60,000 bases of DNA, taken from assembly GCA_038087875.1 (NCBI GenBank), contig CM075994.1, forward strand, positions 6,326,001-6,386,000, read 5' to 3'. Positions within the stretch are counted from its first letter, which is position 1. Each line of letters begins with the position of its first letter. This document shows positions 48,934 to 60,000 of the stretch, piece after piece. Below the pieces are notes generated by a model. The model made no database searches, was not told the origin of the DNA, and saw only the letters and a list, made by a program, of their open reading frames with translations. The translations under genes and the position numbers were made by a program. This DNA is from Malacoraja senta (taxonomy: Eukaryota).

Positions 48934-51900
48934 GAATGAATGATATCTTTTATTTCGAACAATTAAAAAAAGAAGAAAAGAAAAGATGAAAATGTATAAT
49001 AAATAAAGGAAAATTATATATATACATATATATATACATAAATACATACACACATACATACATATACATGTACATATATACATACATACATATACACACA
49101 TACACATATACATAACATATATGTACATACATAAATTAAAAAATCAAAAGCCAATTTCAACATAATACACATTAGACTCGTTGGAAAAGGGATAGGAAGA
49201 AGCCTATGCTTGTCAAGTCCTACCCCCATTCTTCACCATTAACAAATGCAAAATTCAATAAAATAAACTAAACAGACAATTCAAATAAAACTACTCCAAT
49301 CAAGCTATTAAGAAAAAAGAACAAAAAAAGAAAAGAACAGAAAGAACAAGCACCATTAACATCTGTGAGATTTACATTCTCCTTCCTTATTACTGTACTT
49401 TTCAAAGATATATCTTTTGTACATTTTTTTAAATTGCATTATATTCATACTTTGTTTAATCGTTTCGTCAAGACCATTCCACAAAACTACCCCACAAATG
49501 GAAATGCACATACTTTTTAAAATGGTCCGAGCATAATGCTGTTTCAAATTTAGTTTCCCTCTAAAGTTATAACCCCCCTCTCTGTCTTTGAACAGTTTTT
49601 GTATGTTTACAGGTAGCAGTTTATTTTTTGCTTTATAAATTATTTGTGCAGTCTTAAATTCTACCAGATCCTTAATCTTTAAGGTGTGTAATTTTAAATA
49701 CAGTATATTAGTGTGTTCATGATATCCTACATTGTTTACTATACGAATAGCTCTTTTTTGTAGTGTGCTTAGTGATTGTAAGGTGGTTTTGTAGGTGTTG
49801 CCCCATACTTCCACACAGTAATTTAAATACGGTAACACAAGTGAGCTGTACAGAATATACAGTGCTCTCTCATTCAAAACATGCCTTGCTTTCCCCATCA
49901 CTCCAATACTCCGTGCTACTTTTGCTCTCACATGTTTTATATGGGGTTTCCAGCAGATTTTGTGATCAAGAATCACACCCAGAAATTTATTTTCATACAC
50001 TCTTTCTATTTCAACATTATTTATCATTACTTTTACTTGTGTATTTATTTTGCGTTTTCCAAACAGCATAAGTTTGGTTTTGTTTAAATTTAATGATAAT
50101 TTATTCAAATCAAACCATGTTTTTAGTTTACTCATTTCTGCTGTGACCACCTCCAAAAGCTGCTGCAAATTGTCCCCATCACAGAAAATATTAGTGTCAT
50201 CTGCAAATAACACAAATTTCAAGAGGTTTGACACCCTACATATATCAGTAATATACAAAATAAATAATTTGGGGCCCAAAACCGACCCCTGTGGGACTCC
50301 ACAAGTTATTTCTAAGCATGTTGATTTGCAGTCCCCTATTTGCACAAACTGATGTCTTTTACTTATGTAGCTTCTCATCCACTCTAGTACAACCCCTCTG
50401 ATTCCATACTTTTCCAGTTTTTTGATTAGCAAATGATGATCAATTGTATCGAATGCTTTTTTCAAATCTATAAATACACCCACTGCATATTTCTTGTTAT
50501 CTATAGAACTGATAATATCTTCAATTAACTCCATTAATGCCATGGATGTCGATCTGTTTGACCTGAATCCATATTGACTATCAACTAGCAATTCGTGCTT
50601 CTCGATAAAGTTATCTAATCTACTTACATACAGTTTTTCTAATATTTTTGAGAACTGAGAGAGTAACGACACCGGCCTGTAATTTGTAAATTGATTTCTG
50701 TCTCCAGCTTTGTATAGTGGGATGACTTTGGCAGTTTTCATTTTACATGGAAATACACCAGTTTTGAAAGATAAATTGCAAATATAAGTTAAGGGTTTTA
50801 CAATTACACCAATGACTACCTTGATTAAAGCCATATCAATGTCATTCCAGTCTGTAGACCTTTTATTCTTACAATTACTAACAATGTCAATAATCTACTT
50901 TTCATCAGCTGCTTTCAAAAACATTGAGTTTGGGTTGCTGTCTAACAAGTCCACAACCTTCCCCTCTTCTTCTTCTGACTGTGGATTATCGATTTCTTCT
51001 GCCAGTTTTGGTCCCACACTTACAAAAAATTTATTAAACCCATTAACCACATCATTCATGTCGCTTACAGTTGTATCATTGTCTTCAAAATACTGAGGGT
51101 AGTTTATATTCATTGATCCATTCCTGATAATATCATTTAACACATTCCATATGCCCTTGATATTATTTTTATTATCGTTTAATATTTTATTATAATAATC
51201 TTTCTTACATATCCTCATAATACTAGTCAATTTGTTTTTGTATCTTTTGTATTTACTTTCTGCTTCTATAGTTCTGAATTTTATGAATTCTTTATACAAG
51301 ATATTTTTTTTGTTTTGCATGCATTTTGTAGTCCTTTTGTCATCCATGGCCTATCTATATATTTTTGCTTCTTGTTGTGTTGTTTCAAAGGACAGTGTTC
51401 ATCATATAATGATTTAAATATTATCAGGAATGTTTCATACGCTTTGTTGGTATCAGTCTCTTTAAACACCTGTTTCCAATTTTGGGTCAGTAATACATTT
51501 CTAAATTTATTTATAGATTCTTCTGTTCTTACTCTCCTGTATCTAATCTTATTAACATCCTTACACTTAACATAATCACAAACAAACATTACAAAAACCG
51601 GCAGATGGTCACTGATGTCATTTAGTAGTAACCCACTCTTTATGCTGTTGTCCATACTGTTTGTAAATATGTTGTCTATTAGAGTTGTACAGTGAGATGT
51701 TATTCTACTTGGTTTGGTGATAAGTGGAAAAAAACTCATACTGAACAATACATCGATAAATTCATCAGTCTGTCTGTGCTTGTTGGGATTTAAGAGATCT
51801 AAATTAAAATCCCCACAAATGAACACAACTCTGTGATCTTTCTTGGCAAACAATCTTTCCATACTATTCTTAAATATTTCAATATTGGAACCAGGTGCTC

Positions 51901-53075
51901 TGTATACACAACTTACAATTACATTTTTCTTTTTTTCCAGGTCGATTTCTACAGTAATAATCTCCATCACATCATCAATATTAGTTGTCATATTTTCCAC
52001 TATTTTATAATTTAATCTTTTATCTACATACTATGCCACCCCTCCTCCTTTTTTATTTTTCCTATTTATGTAATTCAGTTCATATCCATTTAACTCAAAA
52101 TCCACACCCTTTTCAGTACTAAGCCAGGTCTCAGATATGGCTATCACATTGAATGGTTTGTTTAGATGACTTAAGTAATCCTTGATGTTGTGAACATTTG
52201 CATATAAACTTCTGCTATGGAAATGAATTATTGACATTCCATGATCTGATTTTATGTTCATGTTGAATTGATCTTCAGAGTAATAACAGCAGTTATTGTT
52301 TATATTGTTAAGAAAATTATTTTCAGGGTCAATATCTTGTTCAAAATCATGCATATTATGATCAGTGAATTTAAATGATTTAAAGTTCCAACCATCACAG
52401 TCATCATTGTCCCTTTCATTTCCAGCTGTTATCAAGTTTAAACAGTCAAACTCTTCACAAGAGTCCATGGTCATAATAGTTCAAGTCAATCACACTGATA
52501 GACACAGTCACTGTTCTGGAGTCACTGGTACTTGTCCAGCTCCTCGATGTAACTTATGGTCAGCACTTTAGCCTCCTCTGGTGACCCGTTTAGCTTGATG
52601 AACACCTTACAGTTTGTTGTCCAGGTTGACTGGATTTTTTTCTGCTTCCTTAGGATGCGTGCGCTTCTGGCGATATCTGCATTTTTTTTTGTAAGGTGCT
52701 CATTCACATAAACATCAGATCCCTTGAGCTTTTTCCCTTGTCTGAGCAATGCATTTTTGTGTTTTCTGTTCGTAAAACAAATTATTATGGCTGGTTTGAC
52801 ACTTTGGTTTTTTCGAGGTAAAGGATGACATGCTTCAATGTCTGTGTTGGATATGGATATGCCTTTGCTATGAGAGAAAGCAGTTACCTGTTGCTCCAAG
52901 GAGTCCATGTCTGGAGCGGTGGGCTCCCCATCGGCCATTGCTGTTACCGCCCTGGCGTAGGACCGGGGCCTGGTCTCCAGTCCGCTGACAATAATGTCAT
53001 TCATGCGGGTGCACTGCTCCAGGTCTGTTACACGGCATTCTAGGCTGATTCTGTTCTGGGAATGCTTCAAGGTAT
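48934..53075 (-). mobile_element. L2/Crack-clade LINE, near full length (ORF1 C-terminal part, ORF2 APE plus RT), frameshifted
   Basis: ORF1 motifs IIVSGL..IEACHPL..YVNEHLT. APE motifs ISETWL, GGGVA, GDFN, SDHLP. RT motifs DLKKAFDTI, GVPQGSVLGP, FADDT. 3'UTR ends aataaaagatatcattcattcaa. Confidence 0.9.
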
Positions 53076-54079
53076 ACTGCTCTGGAGTGATGGAATACCA
53101 GTGGAACAACTACTGTTTGGACAAGATAGACACAAAATGCTGGAGTAACTCAGCAGGACATGCAGCATCACTGGAGAGAAGGAAGGGGTGACGTTTCGGG
53201 TCGCGATCCTTCTTCAGACTGTTTGGTCAAATTTACTGTTTGGTCAAATTTTGTCTGCGACTTAGAGCCAAAGCCATGGTAGCACATTTTAGCCTTCAGA
53301 TTTGGAGAAGGAGGCTCTCACAGCACTAAATTGTCTTCAGAGCAACTCTACACAATGCACAGGAAGTTATATCATCATATATATTCCCAAAATCAAATTG
53401 GGTCTGCGAAGCTAAATCTTGAATGGTACAACCTCGTCAAATGTCAGCATTGGCATGATTTAATACCAAAATACAGCAACTGTATATATAATAGTTACAA
53501 AATATATATTTTAAAAAATCATGCAACATTGGAAAAACCATTGAAGTTTTAGGCATCTGCATTGTTAACCATGGATTAAAGAAATGTTATCAGGCAACTG
53601 AACCATCCTATCAAATGGCGATCCAGAGCTACCATCTACCTCATTGGAGACCCATGGACTATCGTTAATCAGACTTTATGTTGCACTAAACGTTATCCAC
53701 TTTATGTCATGTATCTGTATACTGTGGATGGCTTGATTATCTTCATGTAATCTTTTCACTGGCTGGTTGGCACGCAAAATAGCTTTTCATTGTACCTCAG
53801 TACACGTGACAGTAAACCAAACTCACATACAGAAAGAAGTGACAACCATGCATCACAATGCCTCTCTCCGACCTTCTTCTGTCTTCTACTCTTGTGTAAA
53901 GAAAGGTCAAGTTAGATAGGGTCCCCTCACACAAACCGAGAGGGGAATTTATTGTGAAATAAAGCAAATACATTGCGAATCCTATTGCGGAAGTAAGCAA
54001 GCTAGAAATACCAACGAAGCATGTCAAGTGAGAAAAGAGGATATTGTGTTCATAAAAACATATATGGAAGAAGTGTTCA

Positions 54080-55130
54080 TAAGTCATAGGAGCATAATTA
54101 GGCCATTCGGCCCATCGGGTCTACTCTGCCATTCAATCGTGGCCGATCTATCTTTCCCTCTCAACCCCATTCTCCTGCCTTCTCCCCATAACCCAACACC
54201 CATACTAATCAACCTATCAATCTCCAGCTTAAACATATCCATTGACGAGGCCTCCATGTCTCCTGTGGCAATGAATTACACAGATTCATCATCCTCTGAC
54301 TAAATAAATTCTTTCTCATCTCTTCCGAAATGTCCGTCCTTTTTGACGAGACTGGCCACCAATAAATTCTAAGAATCTATACCACAGAGTTTTGAAATAG
54401 GTTACCTATAAAAAGCGGATGCTCCACTTACTGTTCTTCTAAATTCTATAGATTGAGATGTTCTGCAAATGGAATCCTGCTGATATGAATCCATTATTTA
54501 AGAAAGGAGGGAGAAACTGACCAAAAATTGCAAGAATTTATAATGATATATCAGGACATCATGGAATATGCTTGAGCATAGTAAACATATATACAAATGG
54601 AAAATACACTTGGCTAACCTATTGAGAATGTGACTGGCACAATAGATGATGGGGAACCAATGAATGTGGCTTATTTGGTTTACAGAAGGCTTTGAACAAG
54701 GCCCCGTACAGATAACTGGTCAACAAGTTGAGCGCACAAGGAATTGAAGGTTATATGGACAGACAATTGGTTAATGGATAAAAAGCAGAAAGTGTTTCTC
54801 AGATTGGCAAACTGCAGCGAGTGGGATACCGCATGGATCCGTACAGTGCAGCGAAGATTTGGTAGACTGGTTCAGTATAAGGCAAGATTGAGCAGAATAG
54901 GCCAATGTTATTTAGAATTGAATAGAATGAGGGGTGATCTCGTTTAAATTTACAAAATTCTTATAGTGCTCGGCAATGTAGATGCACAGATGAATCTGGA
55001 ACCAGGAGTCACTGTTTCAGAATCATTGATTGAGATAAGGGAAGATTTATCTGCTGAGATGTTGGAATTCTTCTATGTCGGAGACCTGTGGATGTTCAGT
55101 CACTGAATTCAATCAAAAGGCAAATCAATA
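54080..55130. mobile_element. Old, degraded CR1 fragments
   Basis: Minus-strand 3'UTR, then weak plus-strand RT remnants (QKA..KAP, WL.DKKQKV, RMRGDL). Confidence 0.65.
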
Positions 55131-56814
55131 GGTACTCATTAAGCTGTACACACAAGGCCCTGACATGTGGTCGAACAGGTAAACGTATCTATTGGAAACA
55201 AATCCAGCTTTCTTCTTCCTCCACACCAGGCCCTGAACCGGCTCTGCTATTGATCTGACTAACCTCAACTTCTACCCCAAATCTTTCCCCAACCCCAATA
55301 TACCAAGAATCTATCTATCTCCATCTTAAAACTAATCACCAGCTCTTGAGTCTGAGGAACAAAGGGTCAAAGACCTCTGAAGAAGGGTCTCGACCCAAAA
55401 CGTCTCCCATTCCATCTCTCCAGAGATGCTGCCTGTTCCGCTGAGTTACTGTCCAGCTTTTTGTGTCTATCTTCAAAAGAAAATCACCTGCTCTCTGTCT
55501 AAAGTAGATGACCCCTTACTTTGAAAGAATGATCCATAGCTCTCCTACAAGAGGAGGCATTCTCTACAAATCCATCCATGAAAACTACTTAGGAACATGT
55601 CTTCCCTGAAACATGCGAAACGCAGCAGCGAATTAGCACATTGCAAGGTCACAAACACAGAAAAGAGAAAACAGGCAATTTATTTTGAGTGATGCTGGTT
55701 GAACAATAATTCTCGGTCCGAAAGGAATCCAATGATCTTCTTTGAAATACTGTTATTGGCAATCTTCAACGTCCACCTGAATCCATTTATAATCCAATAT
55801 AATAATAGGTGAATACAGGAAATACAGGAAACCCTCAGTGGGTCAGGCAGCATCTGTGGAAAGGGAAACAGGTTTCAGGTGAAATTCCTTCTTGAGAAAG
55901 TAAGCTTGTTTTAAGTTTCAAAGAGGATGAGGGGGTGGGATGAATAGGACAAAGGGAATACCTATGGTACGGTGAGCCCAGGGTTTTTTTGTGGGGATAA
56001 CCTTCAGCTTAAACCACTGTAGGAAATGTACAGCAGATGGGAGGCACTGCCAATGCAGAGAGAAAACAGAGTTAATTTTGCAGATGGGTGATATTATTTT
56101 CAGCCAAAAAAAGACACAAAGTGCTGGACTAACTTGGCCAGTGAGACAGCACTTCTGGAGAACATGGTTAGGTGACATTTTCGTTTCTCAGACTGTCCAT
56201 CTCCATTTTTAATTCAGACAAAAGATGCTGTTTTAAAGCAACTAAATGAGCGGAATTCATTGCGTGGCTTTGTGGTTATGAAGATTTTGTTCTTATTTGG
56301 AGTTCACAATTCTCGTTTAATTTTCCACGAAAACTGAAGCATCCCCATCGCTACTTTCACAAAGAAAATTTATATTTATTTGCAGCAATGGTCTAAAAAG
56401 TGAAACAAGAGTTTGCCATTGTGGAAGTGAAGTGAAACATCAGTCAAGACGTTATTGTGCAGTGGAGCAGGAACAAGGGATTGAATAGCTTTTCCTGCTT
56501 TTATTTCTGCTGTTTTTATTTTCAATGACCTCACGGTTGCATCGGTGAGAAAAAAACAAAGCAAAAGCAGAAATGAAAAACTGTTAAGTTTATATATAAT
56601 CAAGGTGTGAAATTAGCTGCAGTCAAGACTAGTCATGACCAGATTCGGCAAGATGGTGTTGAGATAGCAGCATCATAAAATATTTGAAGGATAGCACAAT
56701 GTCAGGGTGTAACAGGGGCGCAGCAGTAGAGTTGCTGCCTTACAGCACCATAGATCCGCTTATAATCGTGACTATGGTACTGTCTGTATGGAGTGTGTAC
56801 ATTCTCCCTGTGAC

Positions 56815-57995
56815 CATAGAAACATAGAAAATAGGTGCAGGAGGAGGCTATTTCGCCCTTCAAGCCAGCATTCATTGTGATCATGGCTGATCATCCACAA
56901 TCAGTAACCCCATAACCCTTGATTCCGTTAGCCCCTAGAGCTCTATCTAACTCTCTTTTAAATTCATCCAGTGAATTGGCCTCTACTGCCTTCTGAAGAG
57001 AGAATTCCACAAATTCACAACTCTCTGTGTGAAAACGTTTTTTCTCATTTCAGTTTTAAATGGCCTCCCCTTTATTCTTAGACTGTGACCCCCTGGTTCT
57101 GGACTCCCCCAACATTGGGAGCATTTTTCCTGCATCTAGCTTGTCCGGTCCTTTTATAATTTTATACGTTTCTATAAGATTACCTCTCATCCTTCTCAAT
57201 ACCAGTGAATACAAGCAGTCTTTCCAATCTTTCCTCATATGAAAGTCCCGCCATCCCGGGGATCAAATTAGGAGACCAAAACTGCACACAATACTCCAGA
57301 TATGGTCTCAACAGGGCCCTGCACAATGGCAGAAATACCTCTTTACTCCTATACTTTACACCTAATTCTTCTGAACTCCAGGAGTACAGGCCCAGTGTCG
57401 TCAAACACTCATCATAGGCTAACCCACTCATTCCTAGGATAATTCTTGTAAACCTCCTCTAGACCCTCTCCAGGGCCAGCACATCCTTCCTCAGATATGG
57501 TGCCCAAAATTGCTCACAATACCCCAAATGCGGCCTGACCAGTGCCTAATAGAGCCTCAGCATTACGGTCTGGTCCTCAATTCTATCCTTCCTTCTCAAC
57601 CCCATTCTCCTGCCTTCTCCCTGTAACCATTGATACCCTTACTAATCAAGCACCTATCAATCTCTGCTTTAAAAATAGCCAAAGACGCCCTCCAGATTTA
57701 TCTGTGGCAATAAATTCCACCGACTCACCACCCTCTGGCTAAATAAATTCTCCTTCGTCCTATTTCTAAAGATAGATCCTTTTATTCTGAGGCTGTGCAC
57801 TCTGGTCCTAGCCTCTTCCACTAGTGGAAACATCCTCTCTACATCCACGATATCCAGGCCTTTCACTATTCGGTAAGTATCAATTAGATCCCCCTTCGTC
57901 GTTCTGAACTCCAGCGAGTCCAGGGCCATAGCCAACAGATGCTCATTGTAGATTAACCCAGTCAACCCTGGGAACATTGTCGTAAACCTCCTCTG
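56815..57995 (-). mobile_element. Stacked CR1 3' fragments (partly a duplicate of 5690-6330)
   Basis: RRMRGNLIETYKI, RPYLEYCVQFWSP and RTRVHSLRIKG motifs. Confidence 0.88.
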
Positions 57996-58139
57996 GTAAA
58001 CAGGCCCGTCGACCCACCTTCAATCTGCTCTCTCTAGTTCCATGTTCTGCAGCTGCTGCTTTGCTGGCTTCTGCTCCACCTTGTGGTCTGTCTGAGAACA
58101 ACAATCAAACAGAAGGGTGAACATTTCTATTGTAACAAG

Positions 58140-58868
58140 TCAAGTCAACTCAAGTGAGTTTATTGTCATGTGTCCCTGATAGGACAATGAATTTCTTGCT
58201 TTGCTTCAGCGCAACAGAACATAGTAGGGATTGACTACAAGGCATTCTATAAATATATACACACATGAATCAATATACTGATAAATTGCAAATAACAGTA
58301 TTGGCTAATAAAGTTCAGTGTTATGTCCGAGCCAGGTTTAATAGCCTGATGGCTCTGGGGAAGTAGCTGTTCCTGAACCTGGTCGTTGCAGTCTTCAGGC
58401 TCCTGTACCTTCTACCTGAAGGTAGTAGGGAGATGAGTGTGTGGCCAGGATGGTGTGGGTCCTTGATGATACTGCCAGCCTTTTTGAGGCAGCGACTGTC
58501 ATAGATCCCCTCGATGGAAGGGAGGTCAGAGCCGATGATGGACTGGGCAACTCTCCAGGGCGCTCAAGTTGCCGAACCAAGCCACGATGCAACCGGTCAG
58601 CATGCTCTCTACTGTGCACCTGTAGAAGTTAGAGAGAGTCCTCCTTGACAAACCGACTCTCCGTAATCTTCTCAGGAAGTAGAGGTGCTGATGTGCTTTC
58701 TTAATAATGGCATCAGTGTTCTCGGACCAGGAAAGATATTCAGAGATGTGCACACCCAGGAATTTGAAGCTCTTGACCCATTCAACCATCGACCCATTGA
58801 TATAAACGGGACTGTGGGTCCCCATCCTACTTCTTCCAAAGTCCACAATCAGTTCCTTGGTTTAGAGG
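58140..58868 (-). mobile_element. Rex1/Babar-type LINE 3' fragment
   Basis: VKSFKFLGVHI..KKAHQHLYFLRRL..NFYRCTVESMLTGCI..WFG motifs with an (acttg)n tail. Confidence 0.85.
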
Positions 58869-59088
58869 AACCAGTCTAGTTTAGAAATACAGTGCGGAAA
58901 CAGGCCCTTCGGTCTACCGAGTCCGCACAGACCAGATCCCCGCACACTAACACTATCCTACACGCACTAGGGACAATTTATAATTTTACCAAGCCTACAT
59001 ACTTGCAAGTAGCCTACATACCGAGCAATACCTGCACGTCTTTGGAGTGTGGGAGGAAACCAGTGTGTGGGGAAAAAACCCACGCAGG

Positions 59089-59822
59089 CAGGGCCGGATT
59101 TATGTATAAGCTTGACAAGCTGAAGCTTAGGGCCTCAAGATCTAGAAGGGCCTCGCAGAGCCGGATTTAACACTAGGCTTCATAGGCTGAAGCCCAGGGC
59201 CTCAAAATCTAGGCTGCCTCCGGCCAAGGCAGGACACCTGCCGTTCAACTCTGGGCCGGTCAGATATGGTGCCCAAAATTGCTCACAATACCCCCAAATG
59301 CAGCCTGACCAGTGCCTAATAGAGCCTCAGCATTACAGTCTGCTCCTCGATTCTATCCTTCCTTCTCAACCCCATTCTCCTGTCAACTCTCCGTCTCCGC
59401 CCGCCATCCGTATCCGTGTCCGGGCCGCCGGGTCTCCGCTCTCCGCTCGCTTCTCATCTGCCGGCACGACAGGCCGCTTTGCACATGCGCACTGCTACGG
59501 CCAGCACATCCTCCCCCTGCACATGTGCACAACCACGGCCAGCACATCCTCCCCCTGCACATGTGCACAACCACGGCCAGCACATCATCGGCCGCCCTAC
59601 GCATGCCCACTGCCACGGCAACTGGTCGGCGCTGGGCACTTTCTCCCTCGCTTTGAATTGTGGGGGATCTGGCCGCCATTGCCGTCCGGTCGCCGCATCG
59701 CCGCGACCGCTGAAAACCAACGCAGAATCACTCCCTGACCCTGGATCTGGAGTAACTCCCTGGAGTAACTTGCTTCAGGTTTCCTGGTCCTCCATAAATA
59801 TTCAAAATGAAATTTAAACTGG
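59089..59822. mobile_element. hAT-like non-autonomous element(s), an inverted homologue of 28800-29315
   Basis: Two nested termini, cagggccggattta (59089) and cagagccggattta (59156). The body is the reverse complement of 28800-29200. Confidence 0.6.
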
Positions 59823-60000
59823 AGGTGGCAGACAGAGCAGAGGTGTTGGGCGAAGCGATCGCCAAGCCTAAGCTTGGTCTCACCGATGTAGAGCAGCTGA
59901 CACCTAGAGCAGTGGATGCAATAGATGAGGTCGGAGGAGGTGCAGGTGAACCTCTGCCGCACCTGGAAAGACTGCTTGGGTCCTTGAATGGAGTCAAGGG
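59823..60000 (-). mobile_element. Penelope GIY-YIG fragment running off the window
   Basis: DLIYCIHCSRCQLLYIGETKLRLGDRFAQHL. Confidence 0.85.

Noticed and set aside
53797..54087. Hydrophobic minus-strand ORF as a TM exon
   Set aside because: No partner exons or convincing splice frame were found, and the composition is explained by T-richness.

Overview
Vertebrate genomic DNA, most likely a cartilaginous fish (skate/ray-like repeats: CR1 LINEs, HE1/V-SINE-like SINEs, Penelope, Rex/Babar). It is mostly transposon-derived and has one 200-N gap. Reading splice sites between the repeats reveals two spliced immune-receptor loci arranged head-to-head, neither resolved by the ORF track. (1) Minus strand, 32508->14058: an apparently intact 6-exon, 199-aa type I membrane protein. 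It has a signal peptide, a ~52-aa Ser/Thr-rich ectodomain with no Ig or lectin domain, one TM helix and two ITIMs on duplicated exons. (2) Plus strand, 34918->48434: a CD2/SLAM-family locus (leader, V, C2, second V, TM, ITSM-bearing last exon) whose Ig exons all carry stop codons. Other elements: a structurally complete DIRS1 retrotransposon (ITRs, ICR, gag, RT, RNase H, methyltransferase-like, tyrosine recombinase) in the SLAM intron; an IR/DR Tc1 (DD34E) nested in a CR1; a near full-length L2/Crack LINE; an L1 3' fragment; Helitron-like, Harbinger and hAT-like non-autonomous elements; and many Penelope-derived short repeats carrying a hammerhead-ribozyme core. All calls were made by eye with no database searches, and repeat boundaries are approximate.
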